DNA of 64,000 bases from Squalus acanthias (GCA_030390025.1 CM059425.1:168704001-168768000); one strand, 5' to 3'. Counted from the first letter of the stretch, positions 11,526 to 24,934 are shown. A program made the numbers and translations. Notes: generated by a model from the sequence alone, not told the origin.

Positions 11526-12199
11526 GGGCTGTAATTTGCGGCCCCGATGGGTGCGCACGCACCCGTAGGGCCGTGCAAGTTCCGGGTTTAGGCATGCGAA
11601 GCACATGCGCTAAATCCGGAACTTGCGCTCTGTCAAGAATCTTATTGACAGATCGTATGCATCCTCGGGCAGAGTTGCGCTATTTGCCCAACTTCTGCCC
11701 AGCGAATGCCCGTGAAATTCTTAAGCCTGGTAAAAGCAGGCGTAAGGCCTGCTTTTACCAGCATAAGACTTTTAAAGAACAGGAAAAAAATTTACAATAA
11801 TTTATACATTTAAAAAACTGTGAAATAAGGTAAGTTTATTTTTAGCCCCTTTAAAATATCTAAATTTATTTTTCAAAATATTAAATTTTTGTTTTAAATG
11901 CCATTTTTATTATTTTAAATGTGATTTATTATTTTTTTATTTATTTGAAGTGTATGTGTATTTTGGGGGGTATTCCCATTCATACTTATGAGGATTCCCT
12001 GCATACGGAATCCTCATAAGTATGAATGGGGATCCCTTGTTTTCATTGGTTGGAAAGTCCCACGTGATCCCAGGGGTGCTTGCGAACCACCTGTGCCCCT
12101 GGGATATGTGGGCCTCTACACAGGCCTACGCATAGAGGCCCAGGAGCGCAAGTGTCTGAATCTCCGGGACCGTCAGGTAAGTTCGTAGATTTCAGGGCC
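11526..12199. mobile_element. PIF/Harbinger-like MITE, relative of 8927-9690 in the opposite orientation
   Basis: Ends gggctgtaatttgc and agatttcagggcc; shared cacgtgatcccagggg...gcccctgggata block. Confidence 0.62.
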
Positions 12200-12408
12200 A
12201 CTGTGTTAGTGTGACACAGTTGCTGTTTTTGTCTCATCTGACTGCACCTGTTAACCAGACATGCAATTTGTAATTCACTGACCTTTCGTCATAGTTTCCA
12301 GTAAAACCTTTTTGAAGTACAATGTGTGTTAAATTGTTATGTTTCAGTGCATTTTTACTTAAACTATGCCAATAACCGTACATTTGATGTTGATTTCTGT
12401 AATTTTAG

Positions 12409-12485
12409 GTCAGGTGGTTAGTGGATACAGAGTAAGGGATGGAAAATGGACATTAATTGGTCGACAGAGTCCACAACTGCCGCAG
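12409..12485 (+). CDS. PAM: PAM coding exon (PHM), GQVVSGYRVRDGKWTLIGRQSPQLPQ
   Basis: aattttAG and GTatgt sites, 77 nt. Near-identical to mammalian 'GKVVSGYRVRNGQWTLIGRQSPQLPQ'. Confidence 0.97.
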
Positions 12486-12523
12486 GTATGTCTGTTCGTG
12501 AATTCATATAACCTGCAAATATT

Positions 12524-15203
12524 GGCCCAAATCTTGCTGGAGTGGGGCATCATTAGTGGGCCTCATTAGTTAGACTTTTTCCCTTGCCCTTCAATTCAAA
12601 TATTTTTTGCCCTGTAAGTTGCTGGAAGTGCGAGTTGATAACTGCCGCAAGGGCAACAGGGCATCTGGGACCTTGGTGAACGACGGGACCAACAGTCTAT
12701 CTCTTTAATCAATGAGATTTAAGGATTGAGAAAGAAAGGGAAGAATGACAGAGAAGGAGGGTGAATTAGAGTCAAATGAGGTTCAGAAAGAGAAATAAAG
12801 TGAAGGAAAGAAAGATTGGATTAAGAGAGAGGGAAAAAAGAGACAGAAAGGAAACGTAAGGAAAAAAATGTCAACATTTTTAATTTAAAAAATCTCTAAA
12901 TGAGACTCCACACAGTTTGAATTGTTCCCTTTCTGTGCTGGATAGGTTGATTGGCATTGCAGGAACATAAATCTCCTCATCATTACACTGTTAATTACCA
13001 GCCCTAATTTTCTGTGCTGTTTAATTGGCAATTAATGCGCAAATGCAGCAACTTCATGAAACTCACGTGGAGGTTGACGTCGAGCTGCCATTTTTGCGAG
13101 GTTAACGGCGGAGCGGTGAAAATTGTCCGGCAACTTGTGACGATTCGCAATTCATGAAATATCTCTTCCTCGCCACAAGTTGCTCGACAATTTACACATT
13201 ACTTTTTTTTTATTCGTTTATGGGATGTGGGCATCGCTGGCAAGGCTAGCGTTTATTGCCCATCCCTAATTGCCCTTGAGAAGGTGGTGGTGAGCCGCCG
13301 CCTTGAACCACTGCAGTCCGTGTGGTGAAGGTACTCCCACAGTGCTGTTAGGGAGGGAGTTCCAGGATTTTGACCCAGCGACGATGAAGGATCGGCGATA
13401 TACTTCCAAGTCAGGATGGTGTGTGACTTGGAAGGGAACTTGGAGGTGGTGGTGTTCTCATGCGCCTGCTGCCCTTGTCCTTCTAGGTGAAAGAGGTCGC
13501 GGGTTTGTGAGGTGCTGCAGAAGACTTGGCGAGTTGCTGCAGTGCATCTTGTAGATGGTACACACTGCAGCCACAGTACGCCGGTGGTGGAGGGAGTGAA
13601 TGATTAAGGTGGTAGATGGGGTGCCAGTCAAGCGGGCTGCTTTGTCCTGGATGGTGTTGAGCATCCTGAGTGTTGTTGGAGCTGCATTCATCCAGGCAAG
13701 TGGAGAGTATTCCATCACACTCCTTACTTGTGCCTTGTAGATGGTGGAAAGGCTTTGGGGAGTCAGGAGGTGAGACACTCGCCACAGAATACCTAGCCTC
13801 TGACCTGCTCTTGTTGCCACAGTATTTATGTGGTTGGTCCAGTTAAGTTTCTGGTTAATAGTGACCCCTAGGATGTTGATGGTGGGGGATTTGGCGATGG
13901 TAATACCGTTGAATGTCAAGGGGAGGTGGTTAGACTCTCGCTTGTTGGAGATAGTCATTGCTTGGCACTTCTGTGACGCGAATGTTACCTGCCACTTATC
14001 AGCCCAAGACTGAATGTCGTCCGGGTCTTGCTGCATGCGGGCATGGACTGCTTCATTATCTGAGGAGTTGTGAATGGCACTGAACACTGTGCAGTCATCA
14101 GCAAACATCCCCATTTCTGACCTTATGTTGGAGGGAAAGTCATTGATGAAGCAGCTGAAGATGGTTGGGCCTAGGACACTGCCCTGAGGAACTCCTGCAG
14201 CGATGTCTTGGGGCTGTGATGATTGACCTTCAATCACCACAACCATCTTCCTTTGTGCTAGGTATGACTCCAGCCAGTGGAGCGTTTTCCCCCGATTCCC
14301 AATAATTTCAGTTTTACTAGGGCTCCTTGATGCCACACTCAGTCAAATGCTGCCTTGATGTCAAGGGCAGTCGCTCTCACCTCACCTCTGGAATTCAGCT
14401 CCTTTGTCCATGTTTGGACCAAGGATGTAATGAGGTTGGGAGGCGAGTGGTCTTGGCGGAACCCAAACTGGGCATCTCTGAGCAGGCTATTGGTAAGTAA
14501 GTGCCGCTTGATAGCACTTCAATGACACCTTCCATCACTTTCCTGATGATTGAGAGTAGACTGATGGGGTGGTAATTGGCCGGGTTGGATTTGTCCTGCT
14601 TTTTGTGAACAGGACATACCTGGGCAGTTTTCCACATTGTCAGATAGATGCCAGTGTTGTAGCTGTACTGGAACAGCTTGGCTAGAGGCACGGCTCGTTC
14701 TGGAGCACAAGTTTTCAGCACGATAGCTGGGATATTGTCGGGGCCCATAGCCTTTGCTGTATCCAGTGCGCTCAGCCGTTTCTTGATAGCACGTGGAGTG
14801 AATCAAATTGGCTGAAGACTGGCTTCTGTGATGGTGGGGACCTCAGGAGTAGGCCGATATGGATCATCCACTCGACACTTCTGGCTGAAGATGGTTGCAA
14901 ACACTTCAGCCTTGTCTTTTGCACTCACAATCTGGGCTCCACCATCATTGGGGATGGGGATATACATGGAGCCTCCACCTCCCGTTAGTTGTTTAATGGT
15001 CCACCACCATTCGCGACTGGATGTGGCAGGACTGCAGAGCTTTGATCTGATCCATTGATTGTGGGATCGCTTAGCCCTGTCTATAGCATGCTGCTTCCGC
15101 TTTTTAGCAGGCATGTAGTCCTGTGTTGCAGCTTCCCCAGGTTGGCACCACTTAGGGCAAATGACGTTAAACTCGCTGTTATTTTGGCAGCAAATTCTGG
15201 GCC
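12524..15203. mobile_element. MITE (family of 25233-25994 and 34052-34595) interrupted by a LINE at 13203-15150
   Basis: 12524-13202 joined to 15151-15203 aligns end to end with 25233-25994 (ggcccaaatcttgc ... ttattttggcagcaaattctgggcc). Confidence 0.7.
13203..15150 (-). mobile_element. 5'-truncated CR1/L2-group LINE (second family)
   Basis: [42 protein letters not shown]-rich tail at 13203-13215; highly similar to 31800-33742 and 59805-61462. Confidence 0.9.
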
Positions 15204-15317
15204 ATTGTCTTTAAAAGCTATCCACTTAAAATTTATTTCAATTAATCCTTTAAAAACATTGCCATTAAAATGGTTTATAAAATAGTTGTTTTGGAACTTT
15301 GTGTCTGTTCTTCTCAG

Positions 15318-15421
15318 GCTTTCTATCATGTGGAAAACCCACTGGATATTAAGTATGGTGACACCATTACAGCTAGATGTGTTTTCACAGGCAAAGGAAG
15401 GACAACTGTTACACGGATAGG
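15318..15421 (+). CDS. PAM: PAM coding exon (PHM), AFYHVENPLDIKYGDTITARCVFTGKGRTTVTRIG
   Basis: ttcttctcAG and GTaagt sites, 104 nt, phase 0-2. Matches 'AFYPVEHPVDVTFGDILAARCVFTGEGRT'. Confidence 0.96.
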
Positions 15422-15711
15422 GTAAGTCTCAAATTGACCTGCTTAATAGCAGGAGTAACATTTTTTATTTCAAAAATTAATTGTACATCTTATTTCTGAA
15501 AATGCAGGGTCCTTAGTGATTGCACATCATTTATCTTAATTGCTCAGGAGAGTTGTATTATCCAGATTTTCTTTTGAAAAGCATTTAAGATACCCTCAAT
15601 GTTATTGGGCAGTAAATTGTTTTTTGAATATTGTGCCATGGCTTATAACAGTTTATATTGTCCATGTAACTGGCAAGTGCAATTTTAATGAAGAAGATCC
15701 ATGTTCACTTT

Positions 15712-17397
15712 GAGGTACTAAATGAGTACTTTGCATCTGTCTTTACCAAGGAAGAAGATGCTGCCAAAAAATCATAGTGAAAGAGGAGGTAGAGGAGATA
15801 CTGGATGGGCTAAAAATTGATAGAGGAGGTACTAGAAAGGCTGGCTGTACTTAAAGTAGATAAGTCACCAGGACCGGATGGGATGCTGAGGGAAGTAAAG
15901 GTGGAAATTGCGGAGGTACTGGCCATAATCTTCCAATCCTCCTTAGATACGGGGGTGGTGCCAGAGGACTGGAGAATTGCAAATGTTGCACCCTTGTTCG
16001 AAAAAGGGTGTAAAGATAAACCCAGCAACTACAGGCCAGTCAGTTTAACCTCGGTAGTGGGGAAGCATTTAGAAAAGATAATCTGGGACAAAATTAACAG
16101 TCACTTGGGCAAGTGTGGATTCATTAAGGAAAGCCAGCACGGATTTGTTAAAGGCAAATCGTGTTTAACTAACTTGATTTGAGTTTTTATGATAAAGTAA
16201 CCGAGAAGGTTGATGAGGGCAATGCGGTTGATGTGGTGTACGTGGACTTCCAAAAGACGTTTGATAAAGTGCCACATAATAGGCTTGCCAGCAAAGTTGA
16301 AGCCCATGGAATAAAAGGGACAGTGTCAGCATGGATACGAAATTGGCTAAGTGACAGGAAACAGAGAGCAGTGGTGAACAGTTGTTTATCGGACTGGTGG
16401 AAGGTATACAGTGGTGTTCCCCAGGGGTCGGTACTAGGACCACTTCTTTTCTTGATATATATTAATGACTTGGACTTGGGTATACAGGGCACAATTTCAA
16501 AATTTGCTGATGTATAGTGAACAGTGAGGAGGATAGTGTTAGACTTCAAGAGGACATAGATAGGCTGGTGGAATGGGTGGACACGTGGCAGATGAAATTT
16601 AACGCAGAAAAGTGCGAAGTAATACATTTTGGTAGGAAGAACGAGAGCGGCATTATAAACTAAAGGGTACAATGCTAAAGGGGGTGCATGAGCAGAGAGA
16701 CCTGGGAGTACTGTATATGTGTACAAATCGTTGAAGGTGGCAGGGCAGGTTGAGAAAGCAGTTAAAAAAGCAGATGGGATCCTGGGCTTTATAAATAGAG
16801 GCATAGAGTATAAAAGCAAGGAAGTTATGATGAACCTTTATAAAACACTGGTTCGGCCTCAACTGGAGTATTGTGTCCAATTCTGGGCACCGCACTTTAG
16901 GAAGGATGTGAAGGCCTTAGAGAGGGTGCAGAAAAGATTTACAAGAATGGTTCCAGGGATGAGGGACTTCAGTTACATGGATTGACTGGAGAAGCTGGGG
17001 TTGTTCTCCTTAGAGCAGAGAAGGTAGAGAGGAGATTTGATAGAGGTGTTCAAAATCATGAGGGGTCTCAACAGAGTAGATAGAGAGAAACTGTTCCCAT
17101 TGGCAAAAGGGTCAAGAACCAGAGGACACAGATTTAAGGTGATTGGTAGAACAACCAAAGGCGATATGAGGAAGTGAGTGGTTAGAAGCTGGAATGCACT
17201 GCCTGAAATGGTGGTGGAGGCAGATTCAGTTGTAGCTTTCAAAAGGGAATTGGATAAGTACCTGAAGGAAAAAATTTGCAGGGCTACGGGGAAAGGGCGG
17301 GGGAGTGGGACTAGCTGAAGTGCTTTTGCAGAGAGCTGGCACGAGCTCGACGGGCCGAATGGCCTCCTTCTGTGTTGTAACCATTCTAGGATTCTAT
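15712..17397 (+). mobile_element. 5'-truncated CR1 LINE
   Basis: [47 protein letters not shown]; several stops; same subfamily as 26852-28442. Confidence 0.92.
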
Positions 17398-18723
17398 TTT
17401 TATGTACAATTTCAGTAACCACAGTTACTTGATCGTTTATGCAAATTAGCATTGAATTTCACATGGGGGAGAGTTTGTGCGCAGAGGGGGCCTCCAGAGA
17501 CAGCATTATTCAACTCGGTCAATGCGGGTGGGGTGTGATTAAAACCTAGAGGGTGGGAGGAATAAAATCTTCAAAAATATCAATTTTAAAAGTAAGTTAA
17601 AAGCTCACTAACCTAAAAGGAAAAATCATTTGGGGAAAAAAAGCAAGTTGGCAGCTGAACTGACACTGACGGCTCAGTAAACTACTCCAGAGCCACCTAC
17701 AATTGCACAATCAACATGACAAGTTTACATAGGTGTTCCCATTATAAATGTGGACATAGGAATTTATAATGGAATCGGTTGACCAAAAATGTATAACGAA
17801 AATGTGACCACAGAAAGGAAATGCATACAGACACAAGAGATTTCACAGCTGAGTCCCCAGAGGGACTTGCTGTAGGCTACATTTCCTGTGCTGCTGCAAG
17901 GGCAGCCTGCATCATTCCTTCCACATATGTAGGTATCTGAGGGGCTGGCAAGAGGACATGCATGTAATACAATCCTGAGACAGTATCATTATGGGAGTGC
18001 ATACCTGCCATGCCATTGGTGCAGAACCCTGACTTTGCATGTCTAATAACCTGTGGGGAAAGCAGGCTAAATGCTGCCAATGAAATGGTTGAAACTCAGA
18101 GATCCTTCTCTGTATCCCAGTCTCGGCTTTCTCCAATCTGCCCCCTAGGCTTCTATGGCAGCAGTAGGTGCCTTCATTGCAGAAACCAGGACTGCTATTA
18201 GAGCCTCTGTATTGGGGGTTTCCACTGCTAATTGGTCTGGAGCTGCAGAGTGGGTTGCAGTGCCGCGCACACATCCGCCATGGTGCCGCTGAAGTGAGTA
18301 GACTGCAATTGACCCCACCTGCTGCACATTCTTGCAGTGTCTCCAGTAGATGCATATCCTTCTTTTAAAAGCTGGATAGAAAGCCTTTGTAACTCTTCTG
18401 ACCCTCTGGCCTATAAGCTCTGTCTCATCTCCTATCCCGAGCTCCCCTTGCCCATATGTATTCTGTGCAACACCCTGTGCAGCTTTCTCTGCCTCACTAA
18501 CTAAAGGCACTGAAGTATGTTCCTCTGGGCTGGTGCTTGGAAGGGGGAGCATGATTGTCAACGTGTGTGAAGTGGTGCTGACAGGTCCTGAAGCAGAGGG
18601 GCTAGATTTCTCTTCCTATTCCTCTGCTCATTTCTGTGGCACATCTAGAAGAAGAGAGGAAAGCATAGATAGCTGAGGAGCACAGTTACCATTGTGCTTT
18701 CAGTACAAAGGGTAACATGAGGG

Positions 18724-20790
18724 TCATAGAGTTATACAGCACAGAAAGAGGCCCTTCGGCCCATCGTGTCCGCGCCAGCCATCAAGCCCTGTCTATTCTA
18801 ATCCCATTTTCCAGCACTTGGTCCGTAGCCTTGTATGCTATGGCGTTTCAAGTGCTCATCTAAATGCTTCTTGAATGTTGTGAGGGTTCCTGCCTCTACC
18901 CTTTCAGGCAGTGAGTTCCAGATTCCAACCACCCTCTGGGTGAAAAAGTTTTTCCTCAAATCCCCTCTAAACCTCCTGCCCCTTACCTTGAAACTATACC
19001 CCCTGGTTATTGACCCCTCTACTAAGGGGAAAAGTTCCTTTCTATCTACCCTATCTATGCCCCTCATAGTTTTGTACACCTCAATCAGGTCCCCCCCTCA
19101 GCCTTCTCTGCTCGAAGGAAAACAACCCCAGCCTGTCCAGTCTCTCCTCATAGCTGAAGCGCTCCAGCCCAGGTAACATCCTGGTGAATCTCCTCTGCAC
19201 CCTCTCCAATGCAATCACATCCTTCCTATAGTGTGGCGACCAGAACTGCACACAGTATTCCAGCTGTGGCCCAACTAGCGTTTTGTACAGCTCCATCATA
19301 ACCTCCCTGCTCTTGCCTTCACTAGCCGAGGCATAGAATGTAAGTATCCCATATGCCTTTTTAACCACCTTATCTACCTGTCCTGCTGCCTTCAGGGATC
19401 TATGTACATGCACACCAAGGTCCCTCTGATCCTCTGTCCTTCCTAGGGTCCTACCATTCATTGTGTATTCCCTTGTCTTGTTAGTCCTCCCAAAATGCAT
19501 CACCTCACACTTTTCAGGGTTAAATTTCATTTGCCACTGTTCTGCCCATCTGACCAACCCGTCTATATCGTCCTGTAGCCTGAGGCTTCCCTCCTCGCTA
19601 TTTACCACTCCACCAATTTTCGTGTCATCTGCGAACTTACTGATCATACCTCCTACATTCATATCTAAATCATTAATGTACACTACAAACAGCAAAGGAC
19701 CCAGCACCGATCCCTGCGGTACACCACTGGACACAGGCTTCCAGTCACAAAAACAACCTTCGACCATCACCCTCTGCTTCCTGCCACTAAGCCAATTTTG
19801 GATCCAATGTGCCAAGTTGCCCTGGATCCCATGGGCTCTTACCTTCTTGACCAATCTCCCATGCGGGACTTTGTCAAAAGCCTTACTGAAGCCCATGTAG
19901 ACCACATCAACTGCACTACCCTCATCCACACACCTAGTCACCTCCTTAAAAAATTTAATCAAATTGGTCAGACATGATCTCCCCCTGACAAAGCCATGCT
20001 GACTATTCTTGATTAATCCTTGCCTCTCCAAGTGGAGACTAATTCTGTCCCTCAGAATTTTTTCCAATAATTTCCCTACCACTGATGTTAGGCTCACTGG
20101 CCTGTAATTCCCTGGTTCATCCCTACTACCCTTCTTGAATAATGGTACTACATTAGCTGTTCTCCAGTCCTCTGACACCTCTCCTGTGGCCAGAGAGGTT
20201 CGGAAAATTTGTGTCAGAGCCCCTGCAATCTCCTCCCTTGCCTCACACAGCAGCCTGGGATACCTCTCGTCTGGGCCTGGGGATTTATCCACTTTTAAGC
20301 CCGCTAAAACCGCTAGTACCTCCTCCCTCTCAATACTAATTTGTTCAAGTATATCACAATCCTCCTGCCTGATTTCTATGCCTACATCGTCCTTCTCCAT
20401 AGTGAACACACATGCAAAGTATTCATTTAAAACCCCACCTACATCTTCTGGCTCTACACACAGATTGACACTTTGGTCCCTAATGGGCCCTACTCTTTCC
20501 CTGGTTATCCTCTTGCCCTTAATATACTTAGAAAACACCTTGGGATTTTCCTTTATTTTGCCCGCAAGTGTTATTTCATGCCCCCTCTTCGCTCTCCTAA
20601 TTTCTTTTTTAAGTACCCCCCTGCACTTTTTATACTCCTCTAGGGCTTCCACTGTTTTTAGTCCTTTTGTATCTGCCAAAAGCCTCCCTTTTTTTCCTAA
20701 TCAATTCTCGTATATCCCTTGACATCCAGGGTTCCCTGGGCTTGTTGGTCCCACCCTTGACCTTTACGGGAACATGTTGGCGTTGTACTC
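18724..20790 (-). mobile_element. Young 5'-truncated CR1 LINE with a 532-aa open RT segment (19081-20679)
   Basis: Full run of RT motifs including FADD. One frameshift near 19090 (C-run), continuing in ORF 18798-19079. No endonuclease domain present. Confidence 0.95.
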
Positions 20791-21414
20791 TGATGTATTT
20801 TGATGACAAATTGTATGTGCTGCAGAAGAGTAAGAGGGAAGAGCAGATGAATGTTATGACCAATCTGCAGCCAATACTTCCCTGAATTCCATTCCTTTTC
20901 CTGCTTGCTTACCTGGAGCTTCATTGTGGGGTTACAGGCCTAAGATTGGGAAGGGGGTTCACCATCTGTGACTGAATTCTGCCATTGGTTATGAGTTGCT
21001 TTCTCTTTTAAGAAGAAAATAGACATGTAAATACTGTCTGGCTACCACGAAATGTAGGCCCTCCCAGCTGTCAACAGGAAAACCAAGTCAAATGGATATT
21101 TGGGACATTCAGCTTGGTTAACTTAACAGATTGTGGTTATTTGAGCCCAAATCAATTTTTACCTTGGGACATATGACACATCTGAGGTGTGGCACTAGGG
21201 ATCCAACTTGTATGCAAGACTTTATTATGTAGATGGGTGTATTGAAAGATTTACCCACTATTTTCTTAAGTTTAATTGTACTCTAATTATTATTAGCAAT
21301 TAATGACCAGTGCTGGTCGTACACAAACAACTGTATTCTGATCATGAACAAATATCTGTAGTAGTTAAATATTTGATTGCCACAGTGTTAATTTTTAGTT
21401 ATGAATCTGTAACT

Positions 21415-21880
21415 CTGCTGTCTGTATCCTAACTGGCACCAAGTCCCGTTCACACATCACCCTTGTGCTAGCTGACCTACATTGGCTCCTGGTCCAGCAC
21501 CGCCTCTATTTTAAAGTTCTGATCTTGTTTTCAAATCCTTCCATGGCTTCACCCCTCCTTATCGCTGTAACTTCCTCCAGCCCTACAATCCTCTGAGAAC
21601 TCTGCGCTCCTCCAATTCTGGCCTCTTGCGCATCACTCCACCATTGGTGGCCGTGTCTTCAGCTGCCTAGGCCCTAAACTCCGGAATTCCCTCCTGAAAC
21701 CTCTCTGTTTCTCTCTCTTTCTCTCCTCCTTTGCGACGCTCCTTAAAAGCAAGCGTTTGGTCATCCGCCCTAATATCTCCTTATGTGGCTTGGTGTCAAA
21801 TTTTTAATGATAGCGCTCCTGTTAAATGCCTTGTGACGTTTTACTACATTAAAGGCGCTATATAAATGCAAGTTGCTGTT
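21415..21880 (+). mobile_element. L2 LINE 3' fragment
   Basis: HITLVLADLHWL-type coding remnant, ggccgtgtcttcagctgcctaggccctaaactccggaattccctcc, and the L2-type tail aaaggcgctatataaatgcaagttg. Confidence 0.75.
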
Positions 21881-21979
21881 GGCTCACCATGCCCATTCAA
21901 AATTTCTGCAAAAAGAAGTATCGATATATATGACATTTTTGTTTGATGTAGTATAAAGGAAAACAACTTTCTTGCCTGG

Positions 21980-22210
21980 GATAAAAACAGAAAATGCTTG
22001 AAGCACTCCAGCATCTGTGGAGAGAGAAACAGAGTAAACATTTCAGGTTGATGACCTTTCATCCGACTGGAAGAAGTTAGACATTTAACAGTGTATAAGC
22101 AAGTACAGAGCCAGGGGAAAAGTGTGGGGTGGGGGAGAGGAAAGAACAAAAGGAAAAGTCTGTGATAGTATGGAGGGCAGGAATGATTAAAAGGGGATCA
22201 TGGTGCAAGG
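21980..22210 (-). mobile_element. Penelope-like terminal fragment with a decayed hammerhead (about 22032-22069)
   Basis: Homologous to 5780-5940. Confidence 0.6.
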
Positions 22211-23285
22211 CCACCAATATTTACTAGTGAGGAAAGAGGTTAGGAGAAATTGATTTATGTCGATTTTTTTTTTTTAAAGAGTCGGGAAAGGTTTGCCGCA
22301 GGGGAGTGTCTTAGGTGAGTCCCAACTTCCTTCAGCTGAATATCAGGGAGACCAAACATCATTTTCAGTACCTGTCATAAACTCTGCTCCCTTACCACTG
22401 ATGCATTAGACGATGCGCTACCCTGTTTGACCCCAAGCTGAGCTTCTGACCCCATATCCTCTCCATCACAAAGACCACCTACTTCCACCTCCGTAACAGT
22501 GTTACGTGGAGAGAGGTGGAAGTGGCACTGAGTGACCCTCTCGCTCCCAGGACCATACATGGGCATTAGCACATTGTTTGCACTGAGATTAATAGAAGTG
22601 CAAGCAACCCTTCATTGAACACTGCATTGTGGTTCAGGGGTTCACTACTTCGGTATCTTACAATATGTACTGCCATCTACCCAAAAATAATTACATGCAG
22701 CAGAACCTTAAAAACCTTGCCTTTACTTTAACAGAGTGATACCACCAGATCTATAATTTCAGCTATTAGATGTCACCTGGGAGACATCCCTCAAATGCTG
22801 GCGAAAATCTAATGCACTCAATCTTGTTACAGGAAAAACTTGTGCACAATGTCTATGAAAAGCAGGTGATGGGGTGGGGAGGGGGCACTTGCCAAATATT
22901 ACAGCGCACGCCCCTGACAAGGAGCAGGCCAGAGATGGTCTGGCTGAGGGATTTGAGGAGATAGGTGGGACAGGTTAGTCTGAGCATTCCTAGATTGTCA
23001 TGTGTGACATGGCAGACAACCAGAAGCTTTCATACCCTTCTCTGTCTCCCTAATCTCAAATGGGATAGTACTCACATTCTTAGCTATTACCCTGATTTCC
23101 TTTGGAACTATCACAGCAACAAGTGTCAGAGGACAATGAAGAGGAGGAAGATGATGATGCAGAGCAAAATGGCAGAAATACCTTCCTCATCGACAATGAG
23201 ATGATGATGAGGAAGAGGATGAGGAAGATCAAGCCACATAAGAGTCCCTGGAGTTAGATTGTGCCACATGTCCCTTTGTCCCAAC

Positions 23286-23439
23286 CAATGTTCCCTTTAT
23301 GCTGTGCAGCCGCGCAGTGCTCTGCGGCGCCCGCACAGCCGGTGAGACAGCTTTTAAATAGGAAAAACTGCGCATGCACGGTATTTTGAATTGGCCCCTT
23401 AAAGGGGTCGCCACCCAAAAAAAATTAAAGGGAACATTG
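23286..23439. mobile_element. 154-bp hAT-type MITE
   Basis: Perfect 14-bp TIR caatgttcccttta / taaagggaacattg and perfect 8-bp TSD gtcccaac (23278-23285, 23440-23447). Confidence 0.88.
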
Positions 23440-24934
23440 GTCCCAACCCCCTTGATGTTACCTCCTACATCACTTGCTTTATCCTACACACGAGTTCAGA
23501 TATTCCACCCAGGAGGGCAAATTAGATCAGTGAGAGGATTCACAGAACACAAGGGGAAGAGTGGGTGTTAATCTTCCCAGCAGAGGGTGAGGCAAAGGCG
23601 TTCCATGTTTACTCACCTGAAAAGAAAGATCTTTGTGGAGCGATACACTTATGTGGAAGCTCTAAGCTCAGTCTCTGCAGATGTGTGGCAACTGTCAAGT
23701 GTGACAGTGAAGTCAAGGGCCCTCATTTACGGTAACATCAAGGAAGCTTTTTCCTCATTGCAGGCAGCAATGGAGCATGTGGCAGCTGCAATGAAATCTG
23801 CGACAGTCCTCCACCACAGAAGGAGCCAGGGACCAGTTAGTGACACTTTCTGCAATTAATGATTTTAAAAAACTCGGACTCCAAATTTGATCCAATCATA
23901 AATAATTATGATTTATTTGTATATCTGTTTTTATTTTAAACATGGAGAGGGGTATGGAGAAACCATGCAGGGAACTGGTCTTTATTCTAATGCAGGTTCT
24001 GTCTGTTCCCCCAGACATAAAGTTATAAAAGGGTGCATTTATGTGCCACAAAGGAACCTATAATAATCATGGGTATTATGTGACCACCACAGCCATGTTT
24101 TCAATATTTAAAAATTGACTCAAAAAATGCAACTATTGTGACTAGGGCTTTCCTTTAAACCTACATCGGTCAAACAATAGCCGAAAGGAACTTATTAATG
24201 ACAGATTTAAATCAGTTATTAAAGATGAATATAATAGAAGTTTTTTTTAATGTAAATGAAAAGGCAATGAAAGAAGCGTGGTTAAACTAAAGAATTTCAC
24301 AGCAGGATTCTAGGTGTCAGAACAATTTGCTGCTGAAATTAATTACTGTTTTCATTCTGAGGAGTTCAATAGCTTTTTATCATTTAACAGATGGGCTCAG
24401 TACATTTTTTTTTCTTTACATCATTCATGCACTGATGTTCATTGAAGGAGCTCCTACCTTTGGAGAATGATTTTCATTTAATTTATGGTTCCTCATTGTG
24501 TGCCAAGATTAATTAGCAATTGCAACACTGTAGCAGATACCTGTTATGCGGAGGTGGACTGTTTACTTCTTGGAAAAATACGTCAATGGTGACTTTCGTT
24601 CTGGTGTCATACGGCATTCACTTATTCACCCTGGCAACAATAATGACATGCTACCTACCTTGAGCAAACAGAAGAGAAAATAACAAAACAGTTCTGCCAA
24701 AGGGAACAAGCCTCTTCCATTCCGCCGCTTGACTGAGCTGTTCAGAATCCTCCAGGATCACACTGTCTGGATCTGAGCTTAGGCGAACTGCTAGAGGAAT
24801 GTGCTGAGGCACATCCTGTGACACCTACTTATGCAAGCTCCAACAGTAACAGGAACACTATTAAAATACCAGACAGACAATGATTTTTTAACAAGCAAAT
24901 ATGCCATGACAGGTTTCACGCAAGAAACAAAAGA

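Noticed and set aside
16187..16819. 210-aa minus ORF and similar ORFs (1210-1737, 19463-19900, 20135-20722, 27793-28155, 57693-58073)
   Set aside because: They are antisense shadow frames of CR1 RT that recur in every copy, with no independent gene evidence.
17860..18720. ORFs 17912-18355 and 18145-18561, and the acidic region 22700-23860, as host exons
   Set aside because: No PAM similarity, no consistent splice or phase pattern, and many stops. Possibly decayed Harbinger accessory ORFs, but I cannot support a call.
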